This document shows, in pieces, positions 13,650 through 26,879 of a stretch of DNA of 64,000 bases. This DNA comes from Carcharhinus amblyrhynchos (Eukaryota): assembly GCA_965287045.1 (NCBI GenBank), contig OZ336874.1, forward strand, positions 53,382,001 to 53,446,000. The letters are read 5' to 3'. The number at the start of each line of letters is the position of its first letter. The stretch's first letter is position 1. A program made the translations under genes and the position numbers. The notes under the pieces were generated by a model. The model was not told the DNA's origin, ran no database searches, and was given only the letters and a program-made list of their open reading frames with translations.

Positions 13650-13825
13650 AATGTTCACTAATGCTCTTTAAGGAAGGAAATCTGCCGTCCTTACCTGGTC
13701 TGGCCTACATGTGACTCCAGAGCCACAGCAATGTGGTTGACTCTCAACTGCTCTCAGACAACTAGGGATGGGCAATAAATGCTGGCCAGCCAGTGACACC
13801 CATGTTCCACAAATGAATAAAACAA
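13650..13825 (+). mobile_element. SINE (second family) 3' half with CR1/L2-group tail
   Basis: 'aggaaggaaatctgccgtccttacctggtctggcctacatgtgactccag' plus tail shared with the LINE end at 6720; further copies at 41690-41960(-), 52135-52325(-), 53677-54490(+). Confidence 0.85.
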
Positions 13826-15429
13826 AAATTACTCTGCTAAATTTGTGACCTAGTGGCAAAGTTGAAAATTTCTTCCCATATTCTCAACAGCTGGGAACTC
13901 GCTCACTACATTAGATACAAAGCAGTGTTTAATTGCAACACAGGTACGATTATTGCGAGAAAAAGGCCACAAGGATGGAGGAGAGTCAGCTACAATTCTA
14001 ATGCTGACTTGCAGGGCAAAGCTGTGGGTGGTTTTACTGTAACAAAGTTATTGTGTATGTTTATTACATGTATACGGTACACATCCTCTTGAGATAAACA
14101 GTCACAAATTCTTCAGGGCCTCCAAAGGGAAAACAAGATTTAGCTCAACGCTAATTTGCTGTGAGGCCCCTGTGGTGAGATTATTATGCACTAAAAATTC
14201 TACAGGAGATAACATCTACAAACCAGGTCTAAAGAAAACATAAATATCAAAACAACTTAAAGACTTTGGAACTAAAATTTGGAATCACAAGAAATGAGAC
14301 TAGATTTTTACTCTTTCACTACTACATATTGTTATGAAAATTTAATAGCTGTTTAAAAAAGAAAATTTATTTTAAAGTTGACTTGGCCCTTGAAGGAATT
14401 GTGACAGAATCTTTATAACTTGATATTTATAAATAAAAATGACATTTCACCATGTTTGAACTGAAGCTAAACTACAGCATCCATTAAAATGTGACCTTCA
14501 GAGGCCTCCGATAGATTGATCGCACATCACACTGGTTGCATGCACTTAAAAGAAAATTGAGGTCAATTAGATAAACCCTTGAGTGATAAAATCACAACTG
14601 AGTTGGGATCAACTTCAGGAGGGTTGGTCACTCTTCTTGCACTGGTCGTACTATTAAAATTAATAATAATTAATAGAACAGTGAAGGATAACGGTATGAT
14701 TTTCCTAAGGTAAATCAGAAGAAATTGGTCTGATGAAGGTATTTTTATCATACCAATGGAAATACAATTTTATTTTATTTTCATGTACCTTCACCACAAA
14801 AGAGTTGTGAAAATAAGGTAAGTGATGTCTGACGGAGAAGCACAAGCCAGATATTTAACCAAGTGGTTGTGATGACATTTTAAACAATGTGAGAAAAGCT
14901 TGAGCTGTTTATGAATGTGAACAGAAATATAATTGACTGCCTGAGACCAACTGCCAACTATTTATTATTCCTTGTAATCCATATAGTATATAGCTTGTTT
15001 GCAGTGGAGTGGGGGAGTTGGGTAAACACTAAAGTACTGATTTGAACTTGGGCTGCAGATTGTTATGGCGAGGGTAACGGGACATGTGGGATATCACCAA
15101 AATAATGGCAATATGAGCTTAACAATTTTAGTTGATCGATGGACTGCCCTCCAGATTGTGCAACATGGCTGACCCACCCATTGTTAGTGCTATATGCAAC
15201 AGGTCACCCAAGAGTATTTAAAACAGGAGTGTATCTCTTAAAGCAAATGACAGCATAGATACTGAAAAGAGAAACATGCCTGTTGAAGATTTTTATTTTG
15301 CACTCGTCAGGAGAAACACAAAAATGCCAAATTTCAAATGATCACAACGGTTTATGCTAAAGGAGAAAAGAACGTTGATTGGTTGGCAAGTCGACTCTGA
15401 TTGGCCAAAGTGTTACCATGGAGCATTTG

Positions 15430-17600
15430 AACATACAAGTTAAAAGCAGGAGTAGGCCACTCAGCCCTTTGAGCCTGCTCCACCATTCAATGAGATCATG
15501 GCTGATCTGATTGTAACCTTAGCACTACCTTCCTGCCTATCCCAAGATAACCTGCTTACCCCCCGATAACATATCACACTTTTGCTTATTCGGAATCTAT
15601 TTACTTCTGTCTTAAATATATTCAAAGACTCTGCTTTCACCGCCTTTTGAGAAAGGAAGTTCCAAAGACAGCACAACCCTCTAAGAGAAAATATTTTCTC
15701 ATCTCCATTTTAAATGGGCGACTCCTTATTTTTAAACTGTGACCTCCTATTTCTAGATTCTCCCACAAGAGGAAATATCCTCTCCACATCCACCCTGTCA
15801 AGACTCCTGTGCACCTCACACGTTTCAATAAAGTCACCTTTCACTCTTTTAAACTCCAGTGGATATATGCCTAGCCAATTCAACCTTTCCTCATAAGACA
15901 ATTTGCCTGTTCCAGGTATTGATTTAGTAAACCTTCTCAGGACTGCTTCGAATGCATTTACACCCTTCCTTAAGTAAGGAGACCAATACCATACACAATA
16001 CTCAGGGTGTAATCTCACTATGCCCTGTATTATTGAAGCATAACTTCCCTACTTTTGTATTAAATCCCCCTTGCAATAAATGATGCCATTTTATTAGCTT
16101 TCCTAATTACTTGCTGTACCCGTATGCTTGCCTTTTGTGAGTCATGCGCAAGGACATCTAGATCCCTCTGCACTTCAGAGCTCTGAAATATCTCACCATT
16201 TGGATGATTTGCTTCTTTTTCATTTTTCGTGCCAAAATGGATAAATTCACATTTTCCCACATTATACTTCATTTGCCATATCTTTGCCCACTCATTTAAC
16301 CATTCTATATCTCTTTGTAGTTTCTTTGTGTCGTCTTCACAACTTACTATCCCACCTATCTTTGCGCCATCTGCAAATTTAGCGACTATATCTTTGGTCA
16401 CTTAATTCAAATTAATTATATAAACTGAAAAAAGTTGAGACCCCAGCATTGATCATGTGGCACACCATACTGCCAACCATGAAAAGATCCATTCATGCCT
16501 ACTTTCTGGGCAGAACTTTCCCCAAAATATTCTAAGTGTTGAATTTGCAGGAAAATTGGAGTAATTCACGTTGTTTACTTCAGTGAACTTTCACACCGGA
16601 ATCTGTGTAATGCAGAGGCCACCAGAGTGAATATCATTAGATTTCATGGGGTGAGGCCTATTCCCACCCACGACGCTGAAACCAGCGGGCCTCTGCGTAT
16701 GTGCAGTGGACCCGAACTGTCAGCCTCCCGTTCCTCTTGAGCCCTGAGTAGATATCTTGAACCCAAGCACTGGGTAGGCAACACAGCAAGCTGGACTCTT
16801 GCTCTTTGTTACAGACAACAATGTCAACCTCCCTCATTTTACTGTCCCCTACTACCACTACATTCTTTTTGGTTCCCCCACTTGAATGGCTTTCCTGTAC
16901 CATGGTGTCATAGACAGTTTGCTCAACCACCTGCTGTGCTTACTGTCATCCAAATAAGCTAAATGAACCTCAAATCTATAGGACAGTTTCCAAGACTGGC
17001 ACTCCTACCCTTACTGGGTACTACTTCCGTCACACTCTCCTGTTGCTGACCACTGACCAAAGCAGAAGACGCTAGCCTAAGTGGTGTTATTGCCTCCTGG
17101 TACAAAGCATTATTTTCCTCTCCGTGATGTGTCGCCGTGCCCGGAGCTCAGTGACCATCTCAATGATTCTAAGCCAAAGTTCCTCAAGCTGTAAATATTG
17201 CTGCTGACGTGTTTACCCTGGAACACATTGGCACCCAGAAATTCCCACATGTTAGAGCCTTGACAAATCATTTGTCCTGCCATGTTTCATGTGCTTTAAT
17301 TAATGATAGTATTTAATTATTTATTTTCCTTTTCTAAATATTTTATTACTTTACCAGTAGTTTGTATATTATTCTAAGCTGTGGGACTAGGACAGACCTT
17401 AACCACTCACCAGATATTTACCAAACATCTAGCTCCTTCCCTATAACAAAGTAAGGACCAATTCCTTACATGGTAAAAAAAGGAATGGCAAGAGGAAATG
17501 GACACCCCCTGCCCCTCCTCACCAAAATCCCCCACTTACTAAATTCCTTATGCACGCAGTTCCTCAGATGCACTCCTTTGCCTTAGCTGCACTAAAAATA
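15430..17600 (-). mobile_element. CR1 LINE with ORF1 remnant and RT/3' end; central ORF2 deleted
   Basis: ORF1 start near 17283 ('MAGQMICQGSNMWEF...LEELWLRIIE'), esterase motif 'VVVVGDS' near 16850, RT 'KFADG...KCEFIHFG' 16060-16400, 3' UTR near 15430. Confidence 0.9.
16508..16735. mobile_element. Harbinger-like non-autonomous fragment at the CR1 deletion junction
   Basis: Starts 'gggcagaactttccc'; interior matches the reverse complement of ~2085-2300. Confidence 0.65.
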
Positions 17601-18439
17601 AGAACCCAACATGCAGCCTTGCAACTTTTTGCATTACCCGGGAGTTTGAGGAGCCCATGTTTCCCTGTTGCTTTCTCTAGAGCGATGTCTTGGCCAATCA
17701 ACACCCTTTTCTTCTGTAATATAAATTGCTGTGATTGTTTGAAAGTGGGCGTTCTTGCATTTGTCCTGTTGAGTGCAAGATGAAAAGCTTCAGTGACATG
17801 TCTTTCTTTTCAGCAATATTCACGTTTGGTAACTACCAAGCAAATAATATCTACAAGATGTAGATATTATTCCCTCCAGTTCTCTCAACACAAACTGCTA
17901 ACACCTGGTTTAACTCTCCCACTACACCCCACCACCATCACCATCACCACTTCCAAAATTCTCTCTCATCCATTATACCCTTCAACATAGCATCACAAAC
18001 TCCCCTCTTTCTTTTCAAATCACACTCACCTCTTCCTTTATTCACTTCACCCCACACACTAATGCCATTCATTCTCTTCTCCCAACAAACAACTTCTCCC
18101 AGAACTCTTTCCTTACTTTACCTTCCATACATTTGGCTGGGCATTCATCATCAAACCCTATTTTAACCCTGTCACGCTTCATCGACTCTCATCACGCCCA
18201 CCAAACGTAAGAGCTGCATATTTCAACTTAGCTTTTTGATGGCCACTTGCTTACTCTGTCTAAAAGACTCGATATATAGGACGAGATTCTCCGATCTTGT
18301 TCATGGCCACCTCTGTTGGTGAGAACAGAGAATTTGATGTTCAGGTCAAAAATCCATTCACTTTCAGTGGCACCAGAAAATCGCAGACACGATCGAAAAT
18401 GGAGATTTTCGGTGATAATGTCAGCCAGAGGAAAAAGAC

Positions 18440-19480
18440 CAGTTGTGTAATATCAGACATCTCATCCTCACCTAAGTGGAGGAAAAGGCCCTGGACATTG
18501 GTGGTTTGGAATAAGCCATAAACCTCAGGGAAAGTGAAGGTGACAGCACATCTGATGAGGGCTTCTGTATTTTTCTTGTAAACTTTCATAATTTGAAATT
18601 GCAAAACCTGTTCCCTTTCTCTTTCCTCATGACCCTTCTCAGCACCTGGACACCACAGAACATGACACTGCCTCCTAAGGATGTATTGGTAAGTGCTGCA
18701 TCCCTCCCGGGCACCAGCAGACATTGACACTTGGTTAGACAGTGAGCTAGCAAAGTCTGTACCAAGGGAAAGGTCCAACATGATTAAGTTGCAGCATGTA
18801 CTAATGGTAGGGTAGGGAGTTAGTTTCAAAATAGCCTTGATCATTTGTGTGTTAATGTAGCTGCAGGCAACCCAGGCAATTGATGACTACTGCATCACAC
18901 TCTTGACTTTTGCAGAATGCCCAGCCTCTCCATGGCTTTTGTAGCAACAGAGCTGACATAGCCAGTCTAGTTCAATTTTAGTCTATTGTGATCCCTTACA
19001 TATGTTGATGGTGGAGGAATTAGCAATAGTCATGTTATTAAGAGCCATGGGAAGATGGCTCAGCTTTCCTTTGTCTGAGAACATCATTACCTGGCCCTTG
19101 CGTTGCATGTTTCCTGGCATTTGACAGTCTATGTCTGGGGCTTATCCAGGTCTTGCTATATGTTGGTATAGGCTTGCCTCACTACTGGAGGAGCTCTGAA
19201 AGAAGCTGAACACTTTGCACAGAGCAAGAAAATAAATCTGTCATTCGGAGCCTCTGCACATTTTTCCCTAAGCCATTAAGATCTGTGAATTGGCTAACAG
19301 AGACGATAATGATATGCAAATCATCACAAGATGCTCCAGCAGTCAGCCATGATACTCTACAAAAAATGACAGTCCAACCAAAACTAGTACATTGCATCTT
19401 AAAATAATAGTGAGGCTCAGCTTCACCCAAGCAAGCACAGGTACAGTCATTATTAGGCCCCATGTTCTGTAGCATTCATT
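18440..19480 (-). mobile_element. Old CR1/L2-group LINE RT C-terminal fragment
   Basis: Minus strand gives decayed 'QDLD', 'VATKAMERLGIL' and 'SV(M)QYSSIAW' of the same family as 47040-47270. Confidence 0.6.
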
Positions 19481-19961
19481 TCATCTTTTAACTTTATGTG
19501 TGTATTCATTCTGGCAGTGATTTATAGCTCTCCAAAGTCATTGGTGGAACTTCTGGCTGGAAAGTGTGACAGAAAAATGACTTCTGAATGGAACGGTCCT
19601 GAAAAATAAATTGCGTTGGGGCTAGATCATCCATGGGCTTGTGAGTTATGCAGTTCAGTGTCATTCATTTGTTTATTTTTCAGTACACCCTCCTCTGACA
19701 AGTAATTTATTCTCTATTTAATATGAGTCTATAACAGTGTGACAAATGCTTTGTGTATCGTTATCTCAGGTTCAGATTGATATAGTGTGCATATATAGCA
19801 TAGAACTGAAGGCTAGCTGAAGTTCAGCTGTGAAGTATGATCCAGCTGGGATAAATCCTTAGAATGTAGTGGAAAAGAAAGAATAACACATTTATATCTG
19901 TAACAGAATAGATCTCAATGTATTTCGGGAAACATCCAACAACTCTATCATTAATCAAAAC

Positions 19962-20170
19962 ACAGAATGAGATTTTTCACCCATCTCCCCCGTTTACCGA
20001 GGCGGTGAAGTTGGCCTGCTCTTGGTCAGTGGTGGGATGTTCTAGTCCCGCTGCATTCAGCAGGGTTTCATGTTGTTCATGCCCACCACTGCTGGGGAAA
20101 ACACAGCAGGAGCTTTCCACCAGCAGGACCAGACCATCGTTCCAGCAGGAAAGCCTGGAAAATCCTGCCT
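19962..20170. mobile_element. MITE (Harbinger-like)
   Basis: Ends 'ggaaaatcctgcct'; interior homologous to 22790-22996 and 37940-38130. Confidence 0.6.
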
Positions 20171-20394
20171 ATAAGCTCCTACATGGCAATCTTCCAGCTC
20201 GCCACACCAATGGACTAGCTTGTGCCTGGTTTCTCACCTCATGCAATGTTACTGGCCTTGTCCTGCCACAAAACTCAGCCTTGTGCCCAGGAATATTCAT
20301 TAGCTTATTTTAATCTAATCAGCAAGTCCTGGGTACCATCGTCACTTGTCCTTACCTGCTCCCAAGTGGAGGTCCTCAGCCACGAGAGTCATGT

Positions 20395-20961
20395 ATCGTC
20401 CCCATCAATAGGAACCTGATGTGATGGCCTCATCAGTGGGACTGGAGGCCATTTAAGTCCCCTGGATCATCAGGGACAGGGTCGGGCAGTGCCCCTTGAG
20501 CAGTGCCAGTCTTGCACTTCCCATTTGGCAGCCTGGCAGTGCCCACCAGACACCCTGGCAGTGCCCACCAGGCACCACATAGTGCCAAGAAGATGGGGCT
20601 AAGGGGAAGGAGCGGGGCCTGGAGGGGGTAAGACAATGATAAGGCGGGCCATGACAGGGAGGTGGGGGGAAGCCTGTTGGTGAGGGTACTGTGCATCAGG
20701 GGTGGCAACAATTGTCTGGGGGGGATTGGGGCAGCAAACATCCAGGGTGGGAATCAGGGGGTGTAGAGCAGAGCAGCCAGTTTTCTGGCATGAATAGGCT
20801 CTGGATACTCTCCCTACTGGTGAGAATCACATTTTTCAACCTTAGTTTTTTTCTTAAGTGCCATACAATTGTGTCTGGGAGCTCGCCCAAAAATGGGTGC
20901 AATTCTCTCTTGTTTTCACACTCATTCAGCACTTGGGCTTGTTTTGGTAAGTTTGCTCCCC
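20395..20961. mobile_element. GC-rich Harbinger-like non-autonomous element
   Basis: 'ggcagtgcccaccag' repeats and right end 'taagtttgctccc', homologous to 1206-2304. Confidence 0.6.
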
Positions 20962-21177
20962 TAATATATCTGCTGGTCATGATTAAGTTATTTCGTCCAT
21001 TGCCATTTAAATATTAATTTAGAAATGAAAGTAAACTTTCATTTTTGTTTGAATTGTGCGCTGAAATTGGACAGATGTCTCAGCAAAAACAAGTGTCCTT
21101 CCATGAAATATTATTGCATTCTGTGAATGGCAATGAATTTAAAGCAAGTAATCATTTGATAATACAGACCTTGAGTG

Positions 21178-21377
21178 TTGCTGAAAAGAGATGTTTGTCA
21201 AAGCTTTTTGTCTTGTACTCATCAGGACAATGCCAGAGTACCATGACAGGGGAAAGAATAACTTTAGACTGTACTCTTGTACAGTACAAAGTTGTTGTTC
21301 CCCTGTCACTGATATTCTTGCCATTGTCCTGGTAAGTGCAAGATGAAAAGCTTCTAAAACTTCTCTTTGTTTGGCAA
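21178..21377. repeat. ~200 bp fold-back element (family A), one hammerhead motif per arm
   Basis: Arms are imperfect reverse complements around loop 'tctt' (~21276-21279); motifs at ~21195-21230(-) and 21324-21354(+). Confidence 0.85.
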
Positions 21378-21729
21378 TATTTAAATTTAAAGCAATATTT
21401 TAAAAATATGAGTCAGGTATATGTGATTAATGTGCACACTTAAATCTATTATACAGAAGTGAACTATTCTCCAGAGCAATGTTGGATCAATATGGCACCT
21501 TTGTGACTAATCAAGTTGCTTTGACAGAGTGCCCACTCATTAACAATCTGAATGCAAACTAAACAGATCACTGAAAAAGAAACATTGCAGCTTTAAAATA
21601 TGTAGTTTTGATGCAATTTCTAATACTGTATTACTAAATATTATTAAAAGTTAAATTCTCAGGAAACTTGCATGAAGGGAGTGCGCCTCCAGTAATTGAG
21701 TATTCTTCTCATTAAAGTATTGAGAATGA

Positions 21730-22000
21730 ATTTGTATTACGATAGCACTTTAGAAAACTTCAGGATATCCCAAAGTGCTTTGCAGCCAATGCAGTATGTT
21801 TTGATTTGAAGCATAGTCACTGTAGTATTGTAGGAAATAGCCCAGTGCTCTGTGCATAATGGAGCACTGCACAATGTTTTCCAAGGAAGCAAGGCTAAGT
21901 ATCTGGCACAGCTGCAGATTTAAAGGGGAAATAACTGCTCTCATCACTAAAAAAGGTGATGTTAAGGGAATTTCAGCCGAGAAGGTTTGCAGGTTTTGAG
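21730..22000 (-). mobile_element. Deu-domain SINE (SacSINE1/AmnSINE-like) 3' part
   Basis: Reverse complement of 'ttcctacaatactacagtgactatgcttcaaa...cattggctgcaaagcactttgggatatcctgaag'. Confidence 0.7.
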
Positions 22001-22789
22001 GCTGATAGGTTCCTTTCTTGAAAGGTTACTGTGAAATAGTTAAAGATTGATGCTCCAAATAAGACAGACATCTGCAAAGGCAGGAAAGGAATCTTTTGTC
22101 CTCAAGAATTCTGCAACGGTAACTGTACCCAGCATTTAGATGTATCAAGAATAGGGATCAGCATGCCCGAAACAAACAGTTTCACCTCATAGAGATTTAC
22201 ATTTAATGTGGCCACTTGATTTATTCTAGAAATACCTTAGCTTTTGTACAATTATAGACCATTGCAAGGTACACCTATGAGCCACCAAAAGGACTTTCAA
22301 TGTATATGGAAATATTGGCACACTTAAAGAGCTTCCAATAATAGTTTGTCTACATGCCTATCTCGCATATAAATTGTGAGGCAAGGTAGTTACTTTAAAT
22401 TCCAACACTTTACTAATATGCTATTCATCTTGGGATAAAGAAATACATTATAGAATGAAATGGGAGAACCGGTGATGGAGTCAGCAAATCTGGAACTTTT
22501 AATGACACAGAAAAGTAATCTTCACTGTGGACTCAAAAACAAGTGGGGAATTGACAGTGTGATCATTGTGGTCGCCCATTGGTGCCAGTGTGAAACCTGA
22601 GCCATTTCGAAGTTGAAGACTCATTTTCACCCCGCGGGTGCTGAGAGACTGCCCGGCAGCAGCTTGCCAGAGGTGAGAGCTAGGACGGGGATTGGGGGGG
22701 GGCCCAACATGAAAACTGGCTCTTTGGTTATGCTGCTTACATTCTACAGTGTGACCTTGCAGTGGGAAGAAAACTCCCAAACAGTTCTT

Positions 22790-22996
22790 GGCCAGAACTT
22801 TCTGGCTGTTTCCATCGGCAGGATCTTTGGATCCTGCTGGCAGTGCACCCTGCCATGGGTTTTCCAGTGGCATGGAGTGGTGTCAGTGGGAAATTCCATT
22901 GACAGTGACAGGACCAGAAGATCTTTCTACCAGCCAATTGTGCGTTGTCTACCACTGCAAGGAACATGTCGCAGAGAGGTCAGAGAGTCCTGTCCC
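22790..22996. mobile_element. MITE (Harbinger-like)
   Basis: 'ggccagaacttt...gagtcctgtccc' ends with internal inverted repeats. Confidence 0.6.
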
Positions 22997-23456
22997 ACAT
23001 GTGAATTACTGATGACCTGGTGAGCTTCCAAACAGCCTTCAAGGACAGCTCATTATGTCACTTTGTGTCTGATGTAAATATGCATGGAGCACATTCTGTC
23101 CAACTATATCTGGAAATTTCAACTGGCATCCTACACCTGACGCGGGCGCCAGTTTTCATATTTGTGCAACCTTTCATTTGTTTCAGGCAGGCAGAAAGTA
23201 GTTCATTTAATTACAGAGCCATTTGTAATGGGGCTGGCCTCTACCTCCCTGATTTTCAACTGTTGACCGCCAGTTTTGTTAGGCAAAACAAGGGTAGCTG
23301 CCATTAGATAAGCATGAGTAAGTCTCCACAATTCCAGAACATTGAACATTTTCCAGGTATAAGATTTTAGAGCTACTATCTCACACTCACTCATAAACAA
23401 ACTAAACACATTTCAGTTGAGAATTGAGCTTGTGAACTTGCCTGTAGTATGTATCT

Positions 23457-24960
23457 GTTATAAAGTAAACGTTGATCACCCCTTCAAGAACTAACACTTT
23501 ATCACTCAGAGGAGTACCTCACATCATAATCTGTAAAGGTGAGTGTAAAGTGATACCATCTACTCTTCAGCAACTTTTAGTGGTTAAATCAAAATAACTC
23601 CAACAAATAATTTATTTATCTAACTAACAGTGAACAAGTTAACTAAACTATTAACAAACTGAATAAAACAAGATTCTAATGGAACGCTGTTCAGAATTCC
23701 CATTTATTAACAAAGAAAATAGAATTTCTGTCAGTCTCTAAATTACAACCAGATTTTGCATCATCCAGAATATTCTGGGCTTTTCTGTAGATTCTTCTGT
23801 TCGAAACCTCTTTATTCTTTGGTACCCTTTCTATTGAGATGAGGCTTTGAACTAATAACTGTGAGCTATGGCAGATGGCAGTTGCTCTCTCACTCTGTTG
23901 CACTGCCCCTTCCTTTTATATCTTTGATGATATATCAATAACCCCCACAATATGATTGGTCTTAAGGTGCCAAAGTTATCAAATTTAATAATTAATAGAT
24001 TCTTGATATCTAAGTGCCTGATTCAAATTTGATTGACTGAATTCAAAAATTCAAATGCCTGAAAGCCTGTTGCCTTGGTAACCCAACAGCTTGGCCTTCT
24101 GATATGAATGTTTCACTTTGGGCACTCTATCTGTACTTGCATTTTTTTAAACTTTCTAACCACAGAAAAAAAACTGCCTTTTAACAGATAATTTTACAAA
24201 CACCAACTTCGTAACACTTCCCCCTTAAGAAAATAATTAATCATCATGGAAGGATGGCTTCAGCGATAGCATTTTCACAACTCAACATGTATAACCTGTA
24301 AATTAAACACTCATAACATGAGACTCCAATGAAATAATCTAGCGTTCTTGTCCCTAAATCTTTCTAGAAATGTCAAGGATTGTGATCAATATGCACAATC
24401 ATTTTTGATGCATTGTTTGCAATGTATACGTTAAGACGTTGTAAGGCCATTATCAAACTCAATAACTTTTTTTCAATTGTTGAATCTTTGTCTGGTGGAT
24501 ATTGAAATTTTTTGAAAAATAACCGATCACAATCATCCTTCTGTAACACAGCTCCAACACTTACATTGCTGGCGTTGATGGCGACTTTGAAGAGTTTCAA
24601 AACGTTTGGCATGGCTAAAAGAGCGCAGTGGTTAACACTGCTTTTAAATTCTCAAATGCTTCCTGGCATTGTTCTGTCCATCAAAATGTTTTTAATAAAT
24701 CCATCAACAGTGCCACTGCGCTACTAAAGTTTGGAACAAATTTCCTCTAAAATCTGTTCAATCCTAAAAATCGTAGCACTTCCTTCTTTGAGGATGGTCT
24801 TGGAAATTCCTCAATGGTCTTTGTCTTCACATTTCTCCAACGTTGTGCCCTAAAAATGTCACTTCCGCCTTCGCAAATTCTGTTTTTACCAAGTTTATGA
24901 CCAAGGTTTGCCTTCAAACTTTCCCACTTTTACCAAATCTCTTTGCTTACACCATGCAGC
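23457..24960 (-). mobile_element. Gypsy LTR retrotransposon remnant: 3' LTR, PPT, RT/RNase H fragment
   Basis: LTR 23457-24216 (TGTTA...TAACA); minus-strand PPT 'ttaagggggaag' adjoining 24217; 'NASNVSVGAVLQ...STIEKKLLSLIMALQ...DHNP' and 'EFAKAEVTFLGH'. Confidence 0.85.
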
Positions 24961-26879
24961 AGTCTGTGCTTGTTTACACCCAGTCACTTATGAATTGGTG
25001 ATATATTTCCTTGTAAAAGAAGAATGTTAATAGTATTAAATAGGACCACGTTAATAATGGGCAGCTGGAATTTTAACAACTTTTATTAAAGCTATCAAAG
25101 CAGAAAATGCTTACTTTTCCCAGTGGTAACATTTATTTATTATGAAGCTGTAATATTCCTTTCAGTTAGCATTAAGCGCACTTTATCTAAATGGATCCAG
25201 AGCAAGAAGTATCACAAAATCTGAATGACAAATTCCTGGATGCTGGGAATTGCATTAACTCGATGTGAATGAAGCCAAATCGACCAGGGAGGTCCAGATT
25301 GAATTTCTTTACCACTGATTTAGTTGATCTCAACTGGGTTAGTGCTTGGGAAGCTTTGAGATCAGACACTGAAGACAATAATCTTCTTAGCTCCTTCATG
25401 CAGCATAGTCATGCTATCAGTACCCAAGGAATTGTGCCCCAGTTTGACTAAATTTTACAGAAGAAAGGGACAAAGCTGGAGGGCAAATATAGAAAATGTA
25501 AATGTTGGATTAGGAAAAATACCCTAGTATTCAATGGCATAAAGTTAGATATATTGATGGCACCTAGACATTGAATTTTATCATCATTTGGAAAAGAGAC
25601 TCAAAATGACTTGGATAGGCAATCGCAGCATAGAGCCACCAAAACATACGATCATTTAACTACCCAGTCACATGAAATTACTATAACCAGATGAAAAATG
25701 CTAACTAATTTCTGCAAATCGTTGTCCAATTATTGAATTTCAGAGCAAAATGAAAACCTTAAAATGAATTAGTTGGGCCAGTACTGACTATACTGGATGA
25801 TTCAGAATCCCAAAACATTCTAGATAAGCGAAAGAGGATGGTACTAATATATTGTCCTTTACCAAAACAGCGATAACATCATTAGTAGACCTCCCTCGCA
25901 CAGATTTATAATGTTGCTATCAGTGCTGTCAAAACTGGAGAAAACAAATGATAGGCAGGATGGATACCTCTGAATCTTACTCCTTTACAACATGCTTTAA
26001 AAGTTGTTTTTTTCTGTAGATTTTATTAACATTCTAGGATCAATAGCTCAGACTAAAATATTGCCACATCCTTGTTAAACATCTGCTAATGTATATGATT
26101 ATTTTTATTCTGGTGCCTTCTATCTCATTTTGTTTCTGTAATAGGAGGCTGTCATTTCATGGTTACCTCTCTGGGAGATGAGTCCAATGCTGATTATATA
26201 CTTGTTGTAAAGCTATGTTGTGGAACTTCACAGAAAAACAGGCCAGGGAGAAGTTAAGTGTCTAATATCAGTGAAAGGGATTTTGGGAGATTTTAGACAT
26301 GGGCGGGGGGAGCAGACATTGGTGGTGGGAGGTGCGATTGGAGATTGGGGAGATCAGATATTGGAGGTCAGATTGGGGGTGCACGGATCAGATCAGGTTC
26401 ATGGAGTGGGAATCCGATCAGGGTGGTGGCAGAGTGGTGCATATCGGGTCCATCGAGGTTGGGGGGGTCAGGTCAAGGGGGAAAAATGGTGAGGAATCCT
26501 GTGTGGGTGGGGGGGGGAGGGGTAGGATTGGTGGTGGGACATAATGAGGTGGGGAGAGTATTTAGTTGAGGAAGGTGTAGGAGAATCCCCTAGGGAGGGC
26601 AGGGGTATGTGGGGTATCCAGTATGGGGCTCAATCTAGGTGTTTAGAATAGTTATGCAGAAGTTAAAATTGCTTTTGTTTCTTCTTACGCTTTCAGAGTA
26701 ACTATTAGCGTAACACGGGTGTGACCATCCAAAGTAACAAGATAAATCGCTTTGTTGGATGATCCCCAGCACAGTGCAATTGTGCAGGGGAAGATAGCGT
26801 CTCTGGACAATTGCCTGGAAACTTTCCAAAGGGATTCCCCAGCATATCTTTGGGGTACCCCCTCAAAGCCATTCCACTA

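Larger units (their letters stand above)
15255..17820. mobile_element. Fold-back element (family A) with hammerhead motifs, split by a CR1 insertion
   Basis: Left arm 15255-15425 is inversely homologous to right arm ~17670-17820; both resemble the 21178-21377 element. Confidence 0.7.

Noticed and set aside
14560-14820. TM-like peptide and 15 nt micro-exon with gtaagt donor
   Set aside because: Poor upstream acceptor, equally plausible opposite-strand sites, no homology recognised.
26290-26620. G-rich tracts as functional G-quadruplex or promoter (also 1720-2050)
   Set aside because: They appear to be internal parts of Harbinger-derived repeats; no independent evidence of function.
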